Both the position numbers and the translations under genes were made by a program. This document shows positions 27,334 through 39,770 of a DNA stretch of 64,000 nucleotides, piece after piece; positions within the stretch are counted from its first letter, which is position 1; every line of letters begins with the position of its first letter. Below the pieces are notes generated by a model. The model was not told the origin of the DNA. It was given only the letters and a program-made list of their open reading frames with translations, and made no database searches. Source of the stretch: Desulfobacterales bacterium (GTDB lineage Bacteria; Desulfobacterota; Desulfobacteria; Desulfobacterales; UBA2174). The DNA is taken from positions 384,001 to 448,000 of the forward strand of contig CAXXWC010000018.1 of NCBI GenBank assembly GCA_963668645.2. Reading direction: 5' to 3'.

Positions 27334-29238
27334 ATGGCTCGCTTCGTGTCCCTGAAGGCCCGTTATATTCTGGCCGGCCTGGTCATCTGCCTGGTAACCG
27401 GCGTTTTCGTCGCGGCTGTCAGCTACGTCGTGGCCTATCGGATCGCCGCCGATCTTACCGATAAGTACGTCGGCGAGCTGGCCGCCGGCCAGGCCCGTAA
27501 GTTCGATTTCTGGTTTGACACCAAGGCCCAGTTGGTCGAGGGGCTGGCCCAGGATATCGAGGCGGCCGGAGATTTCAGCGACGCGCATCTCATGCGTCTC
27601 ATCCTGCGCAAGATGGAACTCTACCACGGGGAGGTGCTCGACTTTTACATCGGCTTTGTCGACCCGCACCGCCGGCTGCTCAGCGGGATTGGCTGGATCC
27701 CGCCTGAGGATTACGACGCGCGCAGCCGGCCCTGGTTCAAGGCCGCCATCACTGCCGAAAAGGTCGTCTTTACCGAGCCGTACCGGGACGCCATGACCGA
27801 CGAATTGGTGGTCACGGTGGCAAAGGCCATGCACCACCAGGGGCGGACGGTGGCCGTGGTGTCCACGGATATCTATATCACCGCACTGGGCCAGGTGGTG
27901 CGCTCCTTTTCCGCCGGCCCGGGGAGCTACGCCCTGCTGCTCGACGCCAAGGGCCGCGTCATCGCCCACCCGCAAAAGGCACTGGAGCCCTCGCCCGACG
28001 GGCTGCGCCCGGTGGAAGGGTGGGCAGATCACGGACGGTTGATGACCGCCTTGAACAGCGGTGGTATCGGCAAACGCCTCGACTTTCGCAACCCGTCAGG
28101 GACGCGGGAGTACTACCTTTTCAGCCGGATGGAAAGAAACGGCTGGCTGTTCGGCATCGCCGTGGATCGATCCGCCTACCGGCGTCCGTTGAGACTCTTG
28201 CTTGCCGGTTTTGCTGCGGCCCTGGGGCTTTCCATCCTGATCGGCGGCCTGGTCATGTACCGCTTGGTGGGCAGGATGGTGAGCCCGATCCACGCCCTGA
28301 CCAAGACGGTGACCAGCTTTTCCGGCGACAACCTCGCCGTGCGCACCACGGTCGATTCGTCCGACGAAGTGGGGCAATTGGGCCGTGCCTTCAACACCAT
28401 GGCAGACACCATCGAGGGCTACAGCCGGTCGCTGGAAAACATGGTGGAAGAGCGCACCCGCCAGCTGCGGGAAAAAAACGAGACCATCATGGAAAGCATC
28501 GATTATGCGCGGCGGCTGCAAAGTACCATCCTGCCGGACTTGCCCGCCGTGCTCGGTCTTGATCCCCGGTACTGCTTTTCCATCTGGCGCCCGCGCGACG
28601 TGGTCGGCGGCGACATGTTCTGGTGCCGCCGGACCGGCGACCGGGCGTTGCTGGCGGTCGCCGACTGCACCGGCCATGGCGTGCCAGGTGCGCTGGTGGC
28701 CATGACCTTGAGCACCACCTTTGACGCCCTGGCCCGCGAACTCGAATGGCATTCCCCGGCCCGGTTCGTGCAGCAAGCTCACCTGCGTCTCAAACAGACC
28801 CTGCAGCAGGATAAAACCACCATCTGGGTCAACGACGGGGCCGATGCGGCCATTCTGTTCATCGACTTCGGATCCCGGCGCCTGGTTTTTTGCGGGGCAC
28901 ATTTTCCGGTTTTTTTAAGGGACGCCACCGGCGTCCGGGAGATCCGCGGCGGCCGCCGCAGCATCGGCTACACCCTAGACCGCGAAGCCCACTTCGAAGA
29001 CATCGAGATCGACTGGACCGATCCGCTTTGCCTCTACTTGACCACCGACGGCCTGCTCGACCAGAACCATGCCCCGGGTCAAGGCGGCATGGGAAGGGAC
29101 GGGTTCAGGCGCCTGCTGGCCGATATGGCAGCCCTGCCGATCGCCGATCAACAGGCGCAGCTGGCCGCCGAGATCGATAGGCGCCTGGCCGGGGCGGCCC
29201 AGCGTGACGACATCTGCGTGGTGGGATTGGAGCTCTGA
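27334..29238 (+). CDS. siaA: Cache-HAMP-PP2C (SpoIIE) phosphatase, SiaA-like
   Basis: Two TM segments, YDARSRPWF Cache, DEVGQLGRAFNTM HAMP, VGGDMFW, ADCTGHGVPGA, TTDGLLDQ, QRDDI. Confidence 0.88.
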   Translation: MARFVSLKARYILAGLVICLVTGVFVAAVSYVVAYRIAADLTDKYVGELAAGQARKFDFWFDTKAQLVEGLAQDIEAAGDFSDAHLMRLILRKMELYHGEVLDFYIGFVDPHRRLLSGIGWIPPEDYDARSRPWFKAAITAEKVVFTEPYRDAMTDELVVTVAKAMHHQGRTVAVVSTDIYITALGQVVRSFSAGPGSYALLLDAKGRVIAHPQKALEPSPDGLRPVEGWADHGRLMTALNSGGIGKRLDFRNPSGTREYYLFSRMERNGWLFGIAVDRSAYRRPLRLLLAGFAAALGLSILIGGLVMYRLVGRMVSPIHALTKTVTSFSGDNLAVRTTVDSSDEVGQLGRAFNTMADTIEGYSRSLENMVEERTRQLREKNETIMESIDYARRLQSTILPDLPAVLGLDPRYCFSIWRPRDVVGGDMFWCRRTGDRALLAVADCTGHGVPGALVAMTLSTTFDALARELEWHSPARFVQQAHLRLKQTLQQDKTTIWVNDGADAAILFIDFGSRRLVFCGAHFPVFLRDATGVREIRGGRRSIGYTLDREAHFEDIEIDWTDPLCLYLTTDGLLDQNHAPGQGGMGRDGFRRLLADMAALPIADQQAQLAAEIDRRLAGAAQRDDICVVGLEL

Positions 29239-29321
29239 GTTTCGTGAATTGTTATTGCGGGCCACGGAACCGCCCCTGGGTGAGATTCCCTGCCGGCATC
29301 AAGATGATGCCGATGCCTGGC

Positions 29322-29681
29322 CTAAGTCCTTCTTTTCTGCTGTTCTATGTTCATGGCTGGAACGCAAAGCCACCTTCGTAGCAGCTCAAGCATGGCTTTC
29401 AGATGGCGCTCGAGTTCTCCCGTCTGGACAATGTTATCCGCTGTGGTGTGCACCACCGAGAACACAAGCCGGGCAGCTACGTCGACATCAACAGTGCGGC
29501 ACGCGCCGGTTTTGATTCCCATTTCCAGCATCCAGCCGATGACCATTTCGGCGGATATGGAGGGGTCTATGGGACGCTCCGCGATGGCCCCATGAAAAAC
29601 GGCCTTATGCAGCCGGCCGAGATTGTTGTGGGAGTGAATAAACTTCACGCACTCGTTTGAAAATGCGGGCCACTTTATCAA
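29322..29681 (-). pseudogene. TetR C-terminal domain fragment lacking the HTH
   Basis: LHKAVFHG...MLEMGIKTGACRTVDVDVAARLVFSVVH resembles the C-terminal half of the TetR at 31610 (LHDVVFHD...LINDGTKAGVW...AAVIMYYALH). Confidence 0.5.
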
Positions 29682-31264
29682 CTCTTTTTTGAAGAAGAAA
29701 CAAACGGCGGCATAAACTTCAGCACGAAAACCATGCCTGCCGCGCCAACTCCGCAGATAACCCAGAAAGTGATTTGCCAGCCGTCCATGAAGCTCCCCTG
29801 GGCCAGCGACGATAATTTTTGCCCTGCTTCCGCTGGTAGACTGCCGGCCGTGACAACGGCCGCGCCAAGGGATTCCCTTGCCTCCTGGATTATCTGTACC
29901 GGAAAAGCAGCGGCCGCGGTCAGCACCGCGTCCATCCGCAGGCGGTAGATACTGCCGAGCAGCGAACCCAGAACCGCTACTCCCAGAGCACCTCCCACCT
30001 GGAAGGAGACATTGCCGATGGCCGAGCCCACGCCGGCCTGTTCCCTGGGCAGGGTCCCCAGTACGGAATTGAGCGAGGGCGCCATGATGCTCCCGTGGCA
30101 GAAACTCAGAAAGGCAATGTTCAAACCGATTAACCAGAAAGGGGTTGAAGCTTGCCAGAAAACGATGAGCAAAGCCGCCACCGCCGTTCCGGCAAAACCC
30201 GCCGAGACAACGGATCTCGCGCCCCAGCGCACGGCGGTTCTTGCGCTGGAGACATTACCAAGGGCATACCCGATGGCCACAGGAAGATAACAAAGGCCGG
30301 TTTCCAGGGGTGAGTAGTGTTTGACAAACTGCAGGTACAAGGTCAACCCAAACAGGGTCCCGAGCATGGTAAAGGTCATCATCGCGATACCGCTGCTACC
30401 CGCCGTTAAGCCGGGATTTTTAAAAAGGGTGAGATCCAGCATGGGCGCACCGGTCTTTTTTTCGCGGATGATAAACAGAAAGCCGAAAACAAAAGACGAG
30501 ACAAAGCTCACGTACACGAAGCCACTTGTCCAGCCTGCTTCGTTTCCCTTGATGATGCTGAAGACCAGCAAAAAGACGGTTGCCGCCGAAAGCATGGTTC
30601 CGGGCAGATCGACGCGACTTTGGATCCGGGCACCGCTTTTAGGCAGTAAAAACACCCCTGCCACAAGTGCGGTGACGATGATGGGAATGTTTACCAAAAA
30701 TATCGAATTCCAGTTGAAGTGTTCAAGCAGCCAGCCGCCAAGCAGCGGGCCGAGGGCTGTTCCCAGGCCGTTCACGGCGCCCCATGCGCCGATGGCCCTG
30801 CCCCTTTCCTCGGGAGGAAAGATGATGGAAATGAGTGCCAGGGTAGTGGGGACGATCATGGCGCCGCCCACGCCCATAAATACCCTCGCCACCGTCAGGT
30901 GCCACGCGGAACCGCAGAATGCTCCGTACAGGCTTGCCAGCCCAAAGACCGACATGCCGGCCCGGAGCATGGTGATATGGCCGACACGGTCGCCAAGGGC
31001 TCCCATGGTCATCAGCAGCGAGGCGAAAGCCAGGATGTAGGCATCGACCATCCACTGCAACTGAGAGAGCGTGGCCCCCAGTTCGCGCTGCAATGTCGGC
31101 AAGGCTACGTTAAGCACCATATGGTCCAGCACCACGATCAACACGGTGAGGACCAGCACCGAAAAAGAGAGCCATCGCCGTGAACAGGCCTTTTCCATCT
31201 CCGTTATAACTGTTGCTGTTTCTTTCTGCCTGTCCATTTTTACGTGGAAGTCCTTTTGCATCAC
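29678..31264 (-). CDS. DHA2 (14-TM) MFS efflux transporter
   Basis: LDHMVLNVALPTL, LQWMVDAYILAFA, GALGDRVG, GPLLGGWLLE, IFLVNIP; exact start uncertain. Confidence 0.92.
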   Translation of the reverse strand: MMQKDFHVKMDRQKETATVITEMEKACSRRWLSFSVLVLTVLIVVLDHMVLNVALPTLQRELGATLSQLQWMVDAYILAFASLLMTMGALGDRVGHITMLRAGMSVFGLASLYGAFCGSAWHLTVARVFMGVGGAMIVPTTLALISIIFPPEERGRAIGAWGAVNGLGTALGPLLGGWLLEHFNWNSIFLVNIPIIVTALVAGVFLLPKSGARIQSRVDLPGTMLSAATVFLLVFSIIKGNEAGWTSGFVYVSFVSSFVFGFLFIIREKKTGAPMLDLTLFKNPGLTAGSSGIAMMTFTMLGTLFGLTLYLQFVKHYSPLETGLCYLPVAIGYALGNVSSARTAVRWGARSVVSAGFAGTAVAALLIVFWQASTPFWLIGLNIAFLSFCHGSIMAPSLNSVLGTLPREQAGVGSAIGNVSFQVGGALGVAVLGSLLGSIYRLRMDAVLTAAAAFPVQIIQEARESLGAAVVTAGSLPAEAGQKLSSLAQGSFMDGWQITFWVICGVGAAGMVFVLKFMPPFVSSSKKS

Positions 31265-31482
31265 TTCGTTGATATCCGTATTCCGCTTTGTTTGTTGGTC
31301 TGCCTTTCAGTCAAATCAGCGTCTTTCCAGCCGCCGCCCAGAGATGGGGTTGAGATAAGGACAATGGGGCCGTTTGACCGCCCTGAAAAGGTTATACTTG
31401 TCATTGTTCACCTCGATTTGTTAATATAACTATTTAAAATTGTTGACATCGAGTACCGCTATGTGGAAGATGGTGCATCAAA

Positions 31483-31521
31483 ATCGACTCAAAGTCAATA
31501 AAAAATCGACTTTTGGTCGAT
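31483..31521. promoter_or_regulatory. Tandem TetR operators between the divergent MFS and tetR genes
   Basis: ATCGACTCAAAGTCAAT (31483-31499) and ATCGACTTTTGGTCGAT (31505-31521). Confidence 0.65.
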
Positions 31522-31609
31522 AAAATAAATGAAATGCTGTTTGTGGTTTCGTAAAACAGGTTAAAACAGGTAATTAGTAAAGGCGTGTTTGCCTTGGCGG
31601 GGGAAAAGC

Positions 31610-32254
31610 ATGAAACAGACAGGTTCAGTTAAAAAGAAGTGTCCCGGGAAGCGAGCCAGCCGCCAGGCCGGTGCACCGCCTGGCCAACGGCAAACGGAAA
31701 AACGGAGGGAGGCGTTGTTGGAAGCCGCCGGCAAGCTGTTTGTTGCCAAAGGCGTCGAGGCAACGACGATGGATGAGGTCGCCGCCAGCGCCCGCGTGGC
31801 GAAGGGCACACTTTACCATTATTTTGCAAGTAAGGCAGAGTTGATTGAGGCTCTCAGGGGCTCCTTCAGAAACGAATTCATGACGCGGATCAGGACGCGG
31901 GTGGAGGCCTGTGCCTCCGACGATTGGACAGCACGTCTCAGGGCCTGGGTTGACGCGGCGGTCAACGCCTACTTTGACATGAGCGGACTCCACGACGTGG
32001 TGTTTCACGACGCCACAACGCCGCTGCGCCATGCAATGACCGATATCGAGATCAATCGTTACCTTGCCGGCCTGATCAACGATGGTACCAAGGCAGGGGT
32101 CTGGTACGCTGACGACGCGGCCTGGGCCGCGGTGATCATGTATTATGCCCTTCATGGCGGCTGTGACGAAGCCCGTTTGGGCAGACAAAAAACGGAAAAC
32201 GTGTCGGAGAAACTCTCAGCCCTTTTTCTAAGGATGCTTGGGGGTTATGAATGA
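31610..32254 (+). CDS. TetR/AcrR family regulator
   Basis: LLEAAGKLFVAKGVEATTMDEVAASARVAKGTLYHYFASK. Confidence 0.92.
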   Translation: MKQTGSVKKKCPGKRASRQAGAPPGQRQTEKRREALLEAAGKLFVAKGVEATTMDEVAASARVAKGTLYHYFASKAELIEALRGSFRNEFMTRIRTRVEACASDDWTARLRAWVDAAVNAYFDMSGLHDVVFHDATTPLRHAMTDIEINRYLAGLINDGTKAGVWYADDAAWAAVIMYYALHGGCDEARLGRQKTENVSEKLSALFLRMLGGYE

Positions 32255-32298
32255 AGAGGGCATGCGGGTGATCGGTATCTTGTTTCCTGATTGAGCAG

Positions 32299-32700
32299 AT
32301 GGGGGACACCGGGTTGGCCTGTACGCTATTGGGGCTGGATGCAGAGTCACTGTGGAAGGACCGTGCGGTCTACGGAAGGCTCCTGGAAACGTTTATCTAT
32401 CAGGAGTTGAGGCGACAGGCCGGTTGGGAGGAGGAAACGGTCGTCTTCAGCCATTTTCGCGACAAGGACAATGTCGAAGTGGATGTCGTTCTCGAATCCG
32501 GCGGCAAAGCGGCCGGGGTGGAGGTAAAGGCCGCAGCGACCGTGACCACCGATGATTTCAAAGGACTGCGAAAGCTTCAGGATGCCGTTCAAACACGGTT
32601 TGCCGCCGGCGTGGTGCTCTATGACGGTGACACCGTAGCCCGTTTCGGCAGTCATTTATACGCCGTACCCATCTCCCATCTCTGGGAAATGGCGCCTTGA
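32299..32700 (+). pseudogene. C-terminal DUF4143 fragment of an AAA+ ATPase/DUF4143 protein
   Basis: DTGLAC, GRLLETFIYQEL, HFRDKDNVEVDVVLE, GVEVKAA; N-terminal ATPase missing. Confidence 0.75.
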
Positions 32701-32786
32701 GAGGGGATGCGGGGACCGAAACCGGGCGTTGCCATCGATTCTTCAACTGTCCCGGTTCCGGTCCCGACGGTTGCCGCTTGTCCGGA

Positions 32787-34124
<1,338 letters not shown>

Positions 34125-34187
34125 TTATAGGTCACTGGTATGCATTAGTTAAATTAATTGATTTAAACTATTGATACGGTCTGGCTT

Positions 34188-35123
34188 ATGCTTCCGGATT
34201 TCAACCGCCTCAAGGTCTTCTACCATGTCTACCGCCTGCTCAGCGTTGCGGGTGCGGCAGAAGAGCTGCATCTGAGCCCGTCTGGGGTCAGCCAGCACAT
34301 TCAGAAACTGGAGGCCGAGCTGAAAGTCCCCCTCTTTACCCGCCTGCCGCGCCGGTTGGTGGCGACATCTTCCGGCGACCGACTCTTTGCCCGGCTCCAG
34401 CCGTTTGTGATCGGGCTTGAACAGAGCCTTCTGGAAATTCAGGCCACCCGCAGCCAGCCGTGCGGATTGCTGCGCCTGGGAGCGCCCGTAGCCTTCGGTG
34501 AAACCGTGTTGCCCCGGTATATGGCGGCCTATCGCGGACTTTACCCCGAAGTGCGTTTTCATCTGCAACTGGGCCATCCCAGCCTTTTGCTGCCGGCCGT
34601 TGCCCAGGGGAAGCTCGATTTCGCCTTTGCCGATATCTTTTCTTGCCGCGATCTGGATGCGGTGGCCAACCGTGGATTGAGCTCCCGCTCCGTGGTTGAA
34701 GAGACGTTGATCCTGGTCTGCTCCAGTGCCTATTTTCGCAGTCACATCGAGGGCAAAAAGATGCCGCAGTCGCTTCACCAGGCAACCTTTGTCGCCTACG
34801 ACCCCTTTGCACCGGCCCTGCGCGCCTGGATGAAACACCATTTCGGCATCTCTCAGATCAAGCCCGATATCGTGTTATCCGTGGAAAGCGTACGGGCCGT
34901 TATCACCGCCATCGAACATCATCTGGGTCTGGGGGTGGTGCCGGCCCACCTGGTGCAGACCGCTTTGGAGCATGGAGAGGTCACCCGCATCGCGTCACGC
35001 CGCAGCCCGATGGCCAACCACATCGCCGTGGCCCAACTGGCCAACAAGATTCCCACGGTGACGGAAAAAAGCTTTATCGGGCATGTGGAGGAGATGTGGC
35101 GAGCGGAGTCGGCAAAGGGCTGA
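34188..35123 (+). CDS. LysR family regulator, divergent from ahcY
   Basis: LKVFYHV...AAEELHLSPSGVSQHIQKLEAELKVPLFTR. Confidence 0.93.
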   Translation: MLPDFNRLKVFYHVYRLLSVAGAAEELHLSPSGVSQHIQKLEAELKVPLFTRLPRRLVATSSGDRLFARLQPFVIGLEQSLLEIQATRSQPCGLLRLGAPVAFGETVLPRYMAAYRGLYPEVRFHLQLGHPSLLLPAVAQGKLDFAFADIFSCRDLDAVANRGLSSRSVVEETLILVCSSAYFRSHIEGKKMPQSLHQATFVAYDPFAPALRAWMKHHFGISQIKPDIVLSVESVRAVITAIEHHLGLGVVPAHLVQTALEHGEVTRIASRRSPMANHIAVAQLANKIPTVTEKSFIGHVEEMWRAESAKG

Positions 35124-35299
35124 AGGGGGCTTCCTGCCGATCCTGTCAGGACCGGTGCGATTATTCTCCAAGAACCCGATAGTGGTTCGCCAGGCCATCG
35201 TCGCCCGGGACATCGGCGAAGCCGGCCTGCAGCAGTTGCTCCCGCACGGTTGCGTCAAGGCGGCGGACCTCCATGTGCGGATCGAATTTGCGTTGCTCG

Positions 35300-37170
35300 C
35301 ACGGTGAATTTGTTCTATGCCCGTGTTGCGGTCGGCCGGCAGTTGTCAGTCATGGCCAGATAGTCGAAGACCAAGCGGACGTTGCGAGCCAGTTGGCGCA
35401 TTTTTTGCGCCACGCTGCGCACACCTTTGGATTTAATTGCGCTTACGGCAAAACGGCGCAACCGGGTGATATTTTCAGGCCCGTGGCCTTTGCGGATACG
35501 GCTGCGGTCTTCGTCGAAGTTCCAGTCGATGATGTAATGGCATTTGTTTTCGATGCACCAATGGCCGCGGTTTATGGCCATCGGGCGTCGGCCTGCTCGG
35601 CAGGTCTACTGGTGATACCGTAAGCAATCTCAAATGATTGTTTGCCGCTTTTTTTGTCCGTGCATCGGCGTTCGATGACAAAAGCTTGTTGGACGTGAGG
35701 AAAGTCGAGAAACTCGTTGAGTTCGGTGGTGGTCCAGATCTTGCGCTCTTCGATGCGGCCGTGGTCGGGCGGGTCGCAAAGGATGAAATCGGGTTGGCCG
35801 CGGTCTTTGAAGTACAGACCGATGTCGTCGAACAGTCCGGGCTGGTTGTTTTTGACGGTGAAGTGGTAGTGGGCGCCGCGCTGCTCGACGATGTATTCGG
35901 CGAACTTTCTCTGTGTCAGCAGGGCATCGGCGGTGATGTCTTTGTTTTCGATCTTGATGGCATCGAGCAGGGGCTGGGCGGTCTTGATTTCGTTGGTGCG
36001 CTTGACCTTTTGGTCGTCTACGGCCAGGTTGCCGACTTTTTTTGGGTGTAGCAGGCACTGGTGGTATGGCCGACAACGCTCATGATGTGGGTCTGATAGC
36101 CTTGATCGTCAATGGCGTTGCACATGGTTTTGCCATCGATGGCCAGGCATTGGTCGCAGCCGGCGTGGATGCTGTTCCATTTTTGCAGGGCGTCGTCGAG
36201 GCGTGCCGGATCGACTCGGATGAGCACATCGCGGATGATCGACAGACTCGGCACGCTGTAGTGGCCGTTTCGGTAGCGGCATTGGAAGCGCCGGCGTGCT
36301 TTTTGTCCGAGGCTGTTGGCCCAATCGGAGATGGCCTGGTAGCCGCGCATGCCACACAGGGTTGCTGCGGCGGCGATGGCCAAAACGGTTGCCAGACGAT
36401 GGCGTCGGCCTTGGGGGCGTCGCGGATCGGGGATGTCGGCGAAAAATCGGGGCAAAGATTGCATGTGTTGAGCCGGCAGCATGATTTTAGGATCTCCTGT
36501 TTGATAAAGCGGTGGCAGCATGGTCTGTGACAAGAGGGTTTGCGCATCGGGGCGCAACGGTTTGACAAAAACCATTTTGGGTGAGTCGGCCGTGTCGCTG
36601 TATCCTTTGGCGTGCCGATGAAAGCCTTTGGAGTTTCCGACCGCAGTCCAGTTGTCGGCTTTATAGATGGTTCCCTTGAAGCGCGCGGGATCGACGAAGG
36701 TTTCGAGCAACAGCACGGGATGTCCGAAAGCGGCTTGCCAGTCGGCGGGCAGTCTTTTTCGGCACAAGGCCAGGATGCGCGAGGCCATGTTTGGCAGATG
36801 CCAGTCGGGCAGGATCAGAAAACGGCTGTTGTTGGTCAACAAATTGAGCCGATCGAACTGATGGTTAAAGGGCCAACCGATCCACTGATCGCGAGCAGCA
36901 CATTTGAGGGCGGGAGCGGAAAAGCTGACCAAGCCGACCCATTGATCACCGATACAGGCCGCATATCGCAGGGTTTCACCGATTTTGGGCAAGGCGCCCA
37001 AGTAATGATGCCGGTGCATCAAGCTCTGGAAGCGCTGATCTTGATTCTGGCGAACTAACCGAACAACGACTTGTTTGAGATACAACACATCGCCCCCCAT
37101 TAACGAAAGATGACCTGCCGGGCAGCTATATAACTGAATATCAAGGGGTTGTCCAGATGTTTTGATAACC
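35300..37170 (-). mobile_element. ISAs1-family IS with N-terminal DUF4338 domain; transposase split by two frameshifts
   Basis: HHYLG, NNSRFLILP, LLETFVDP (DUF4338); DPRRPQGRRH, IDGKTM; after the A7G site TNEIK, TADALLTQ, TVKNNQ, HGRIEER; then RGHWCIEN, FDEDRSR. Right end CACGGTGAATTTGTTC at 35300; left end not resolved. Confidence 0.85.
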
Positions 37171-37359
37171 ACTTGGAGTTTAATGGCTTATCGAATCAGC
37201 ACGAAATCATCATGGCGTTGCTCGTCCCCCCCTTGCAAATTATCATACCGTGCAGTATGTTTCTAACAATCCCATCGTTGGAGTAAGGATCCGTGTCAGA
37301 GACGACGACCTCCCGCCGGATTCGATTTTATCGCCGGCATCGCTGCTACCGGACCGAGA

Positions 37360-37971
37360 ATGACGCGGATAGAGCAGAAAAAGAAACATAAGCAGGACAG
37401 CATCCTGAACTGCGCCCAGCGGTTGTTCCAATCCCGCGGCTTCATCGGCACCAGCATGGATTCCATCGCCGAGGCGGCCGGGGTCACCAAACAGACGGTG
37501 TACCGGTATTTCGATTCCAAGGAGACGCTTTTCAAGGCGGCCCTGGAAGCTCAGCGGCTGCAAGCCAGCGACGACTTTCTGGAGGCCCTGGACCTGGAGG
37601 ATACGACCCGGGCGCTGGAAGCATTCGCTACCGGCTTCATCGAGAGGCATCTGTCCAAGGCGCATCTGGCCAATATGCGGTTATTGGTGTCCGAAGGCCC
37701 CATGGTGCCGGAGATCACGCGCGCCTTTTACGCCACGGGCCCCAGCCGCACGAAAAACCGCCTTGCCCGGTTTATCAGGGACCGGCTCAACATCGATGAA
37801 GCCGAATACGAAATCGCTGCCTTTCTGGCCATCCTGCTTTCCCTGCGCATGCCCGTGCTCACCGGCCTGCAAAAGCCTCCGTCTCGAGCCAAGATCCGCC
37901 GGCATGCCGCGAAAGCCGTCAACGTCTTCACGAAACTGTTTGACTCAGAAACAGGACGAGGTGAGCCATGA
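37360..37971 (+). CDS. TetR/AcrR family regulator
   Basis: GTSMDSIAEAAGVTKQTVYRYFDSKETLF; CATAC-N6-GTATG inverted repeat at about 37244-37259 upstream. Confidence 0.92.
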   Translation: MTRIEQKKKHKQDSILNCAQRLFQSRGFIGTSMDSIAEAAGVTKQTVYRYFDSKETLFKAALEAQRLQASDDFLEALDLEDTTRALEAFATGFIERHLSKAHLANMRLLVSEGPMVPEITRAFYATGPSRTKNRLARFIRDRLNIDEAEYEIAAFLAILLSLRMPVLTGLQKPPSRAKIRRHAAKAVNVFTKLFDSETGRGEP

Positions 37972-38348
37972 TGCCCGAAAACCGACCCGTGCGATGCGAC
38001 CGATGCGGCGCGGTCATCCCCGAAAACGATGAACGCGAATTCAACGGACAGACGATCTGCGAAGATTGCTACATGACCGTACTCTCACCGCCCAAGGCGT
38101 GCGATCCATGGGCGGTGTACTGCGCCAAATCCTTTTCGGAAAAAACCGGCGTCCGGCCGGATCTGACCGAGGTGCAGACCAGGATCCTGAAAATCCTGGA
38201 AGAAACCGGCGGCGTCGACCGGCAGGAACTCGCCGAGCGGCTCGCGCTTTCCGCGGAAGACTTCGAACGCGATCTCGCCGCCTTGCGCCATATGGAAAAG
38301 CTGCGGGCTGAAATGCGGGAGGGCCGCGAAATCATCTGCCTCTGGTAA
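37968..38348 (+). CDS. Small Zn-ribbon plus winged-helix hypothetical protein
   Basis: CDRC...CEDC, ACDPWAV, C-terminal HTH-like ELAERLALS...LRHMEK. Confidence 0.7.
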   Translation: MMPENRPVRCDRCGAVIPENDEREFNGQTICEDCYMTVLSPPKACDPWAVYCAKSFSEKTGVRPDLTEVQTRILKILEETGGVDRQELAERLALSAEDFERDLAALRHMEKLRAEMREGREIICLW

Positions 38349-38359
38349 AAGGACACCGT

Positions 38360-39226
38360 ATGAATTTATTCCCACTGAACAACCAAAAAGCCTGGCAAGA
38401 CCTGTGGCGCCACGCCTTGAAGAACGATCCGGAAATAAAGAAAGGCATGGATCATGTCGGAAATTGGGACCGGCGGGCCCGCAAGTTCGACCAGCGAACC
38501 GCAACGCCAGGGGCGGCTTCACGGAAGGAACGTGTCTTTTCCATGCTAAAGGAAGCCGGCGCGCTTCAATCCGGAAGCACGGTTCTTGACATCGGGGCCG
38601 GACCGGGCAACTGGGCCATTCCCATGGCCGAAATGGGGATGGAAGTGGTGGCGCTCGAGCCCTCCGGCGGGATGGTCGAAATACTCAGGGAGAAGATGTC
38701 CGCCCGGGGTATCGGCCCGGATCGGATCCGCATCGATCAGCGCGCATGGCAGGATGTGGATGTGAAGAAAGAGGCACTGGCCGGCCAGTTCGATCTGGTC
38801 TTTGCCTCCATGAGCCCCGGGGTGCGCGACCCGGAGACATTGGACAAGGCCATGCAGGCTTCCCGGAAGTTCTGCTATCTGAGCACTTTTTCCGGCGGCG
38901 GCTGGCGCGGTTGCTACAGCGATCTGTGGCAGCGCCTTACCGGCCAGGAACTTGAATCTAATTCATGGGATTTCATCTATCCCTTCACCCATGTTTACGC
39001 CCTGGGGTATCGCCCGCGGATCGATTTCTCCGTCTGGTCCCATGACCGTGAAGAGACCATCGACGAAGCGGTGGAAAATATTATCTTCTTTGTCCAGGGC
39101 GCGACAGAGGTCACTCCGGAAATCCGCGAGAAGTTGGAAGCCCACGTGACGCGCCAGGCCGTCGGCGGGATTTTTCATCAGCAACAGACCGTTTGCCAGG
39201 GCGTGATGCTGTGGCAGGTCGCGTGA
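38360..39226 (+). CDS. Class I SAM-dependent methyltransferase
   Basis: WDRRARKF, VLDIGAGPG, VALEPS, FDLVFAS. Confidence 0.9.
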   Translation: MNLFPLNNQKAWQDLWRHALKNDPEIKKGMDHVGNWDRRARKFDQRTATPGAASRKERVFSMLKEAGALQSGSTVLDIGAGPGNWAIPMAEMGMEVVALEPSGGMVEILREKMSARGIGPDRIRIDQRAWQDVDVKKEALAGQFDLVFASMSPGVRDPETLDKAMQASRKFCYLSTFSGGGWRGCYSDLWQRLTGQELESNSWDFIYPFTHVYALGYRPRIDFSVWSHDREETIDEAVENIIFFVQGATEVTPEIREKLEAHVTRQAVGGIFHQQQTVCQGVMLWQVA

Positions 39227-39770
39227 CGGACGGTTCGTGGACACGACCCGTTCTCCGGGCGTACGATTTTTCCAGTTTGCCTGGCATGGCCGGCGCCTAC
39301 GCATAACCATCACCGCCAAGCCATTGGCGATCGAAAAAACGGCCATGCCCGCGGGAAACGAAGAATCTGATCCAGATACGACGGACCTGGTGATGCCGTT
39401 GCTACAGGTAATGCACCTTATCTGCGTCGAGCAGCGCCCCGGCGGCCTAGGGCACCTGGAGCGGAACGATGAAATCTTCAATATTGGACTTGTCGTCGAT
39501 TGAAGACGCGAATCCGTCAATCACATGGAACGTTCCGCAGGAAGCGATGGTAACGCCCAACTGGCCGTTCAGAAAACGTGCAAGCGGCTCCAGGTTATCC
39601 GGCAGATCACCGGCGGAAAGCCCGTCTATCTGCCCGGCCAAAAGCTCTTTTACCGAATCCTGGATGGCGAATTTTGCCAGTTCTCCCTTTTTTGTCATCC
39701 GCACGCCTTCCGGCCCGTAAAAAATCGATATCAAGACCAACGGACGAACGGAACCTGCCCCAAACCGGTA

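Noticed and set aside
36500..37100. Druantia DruA anti-phage gene (DUF4338)
   Set aside because: The domain is fused to an ISAs1 transposase and no other Dru genes are present
39230..39740. Short ORFs between the methyltransferase and DUF4198
   Set aside because: No recognisable motifs; possibly a decayed gene but not supportable
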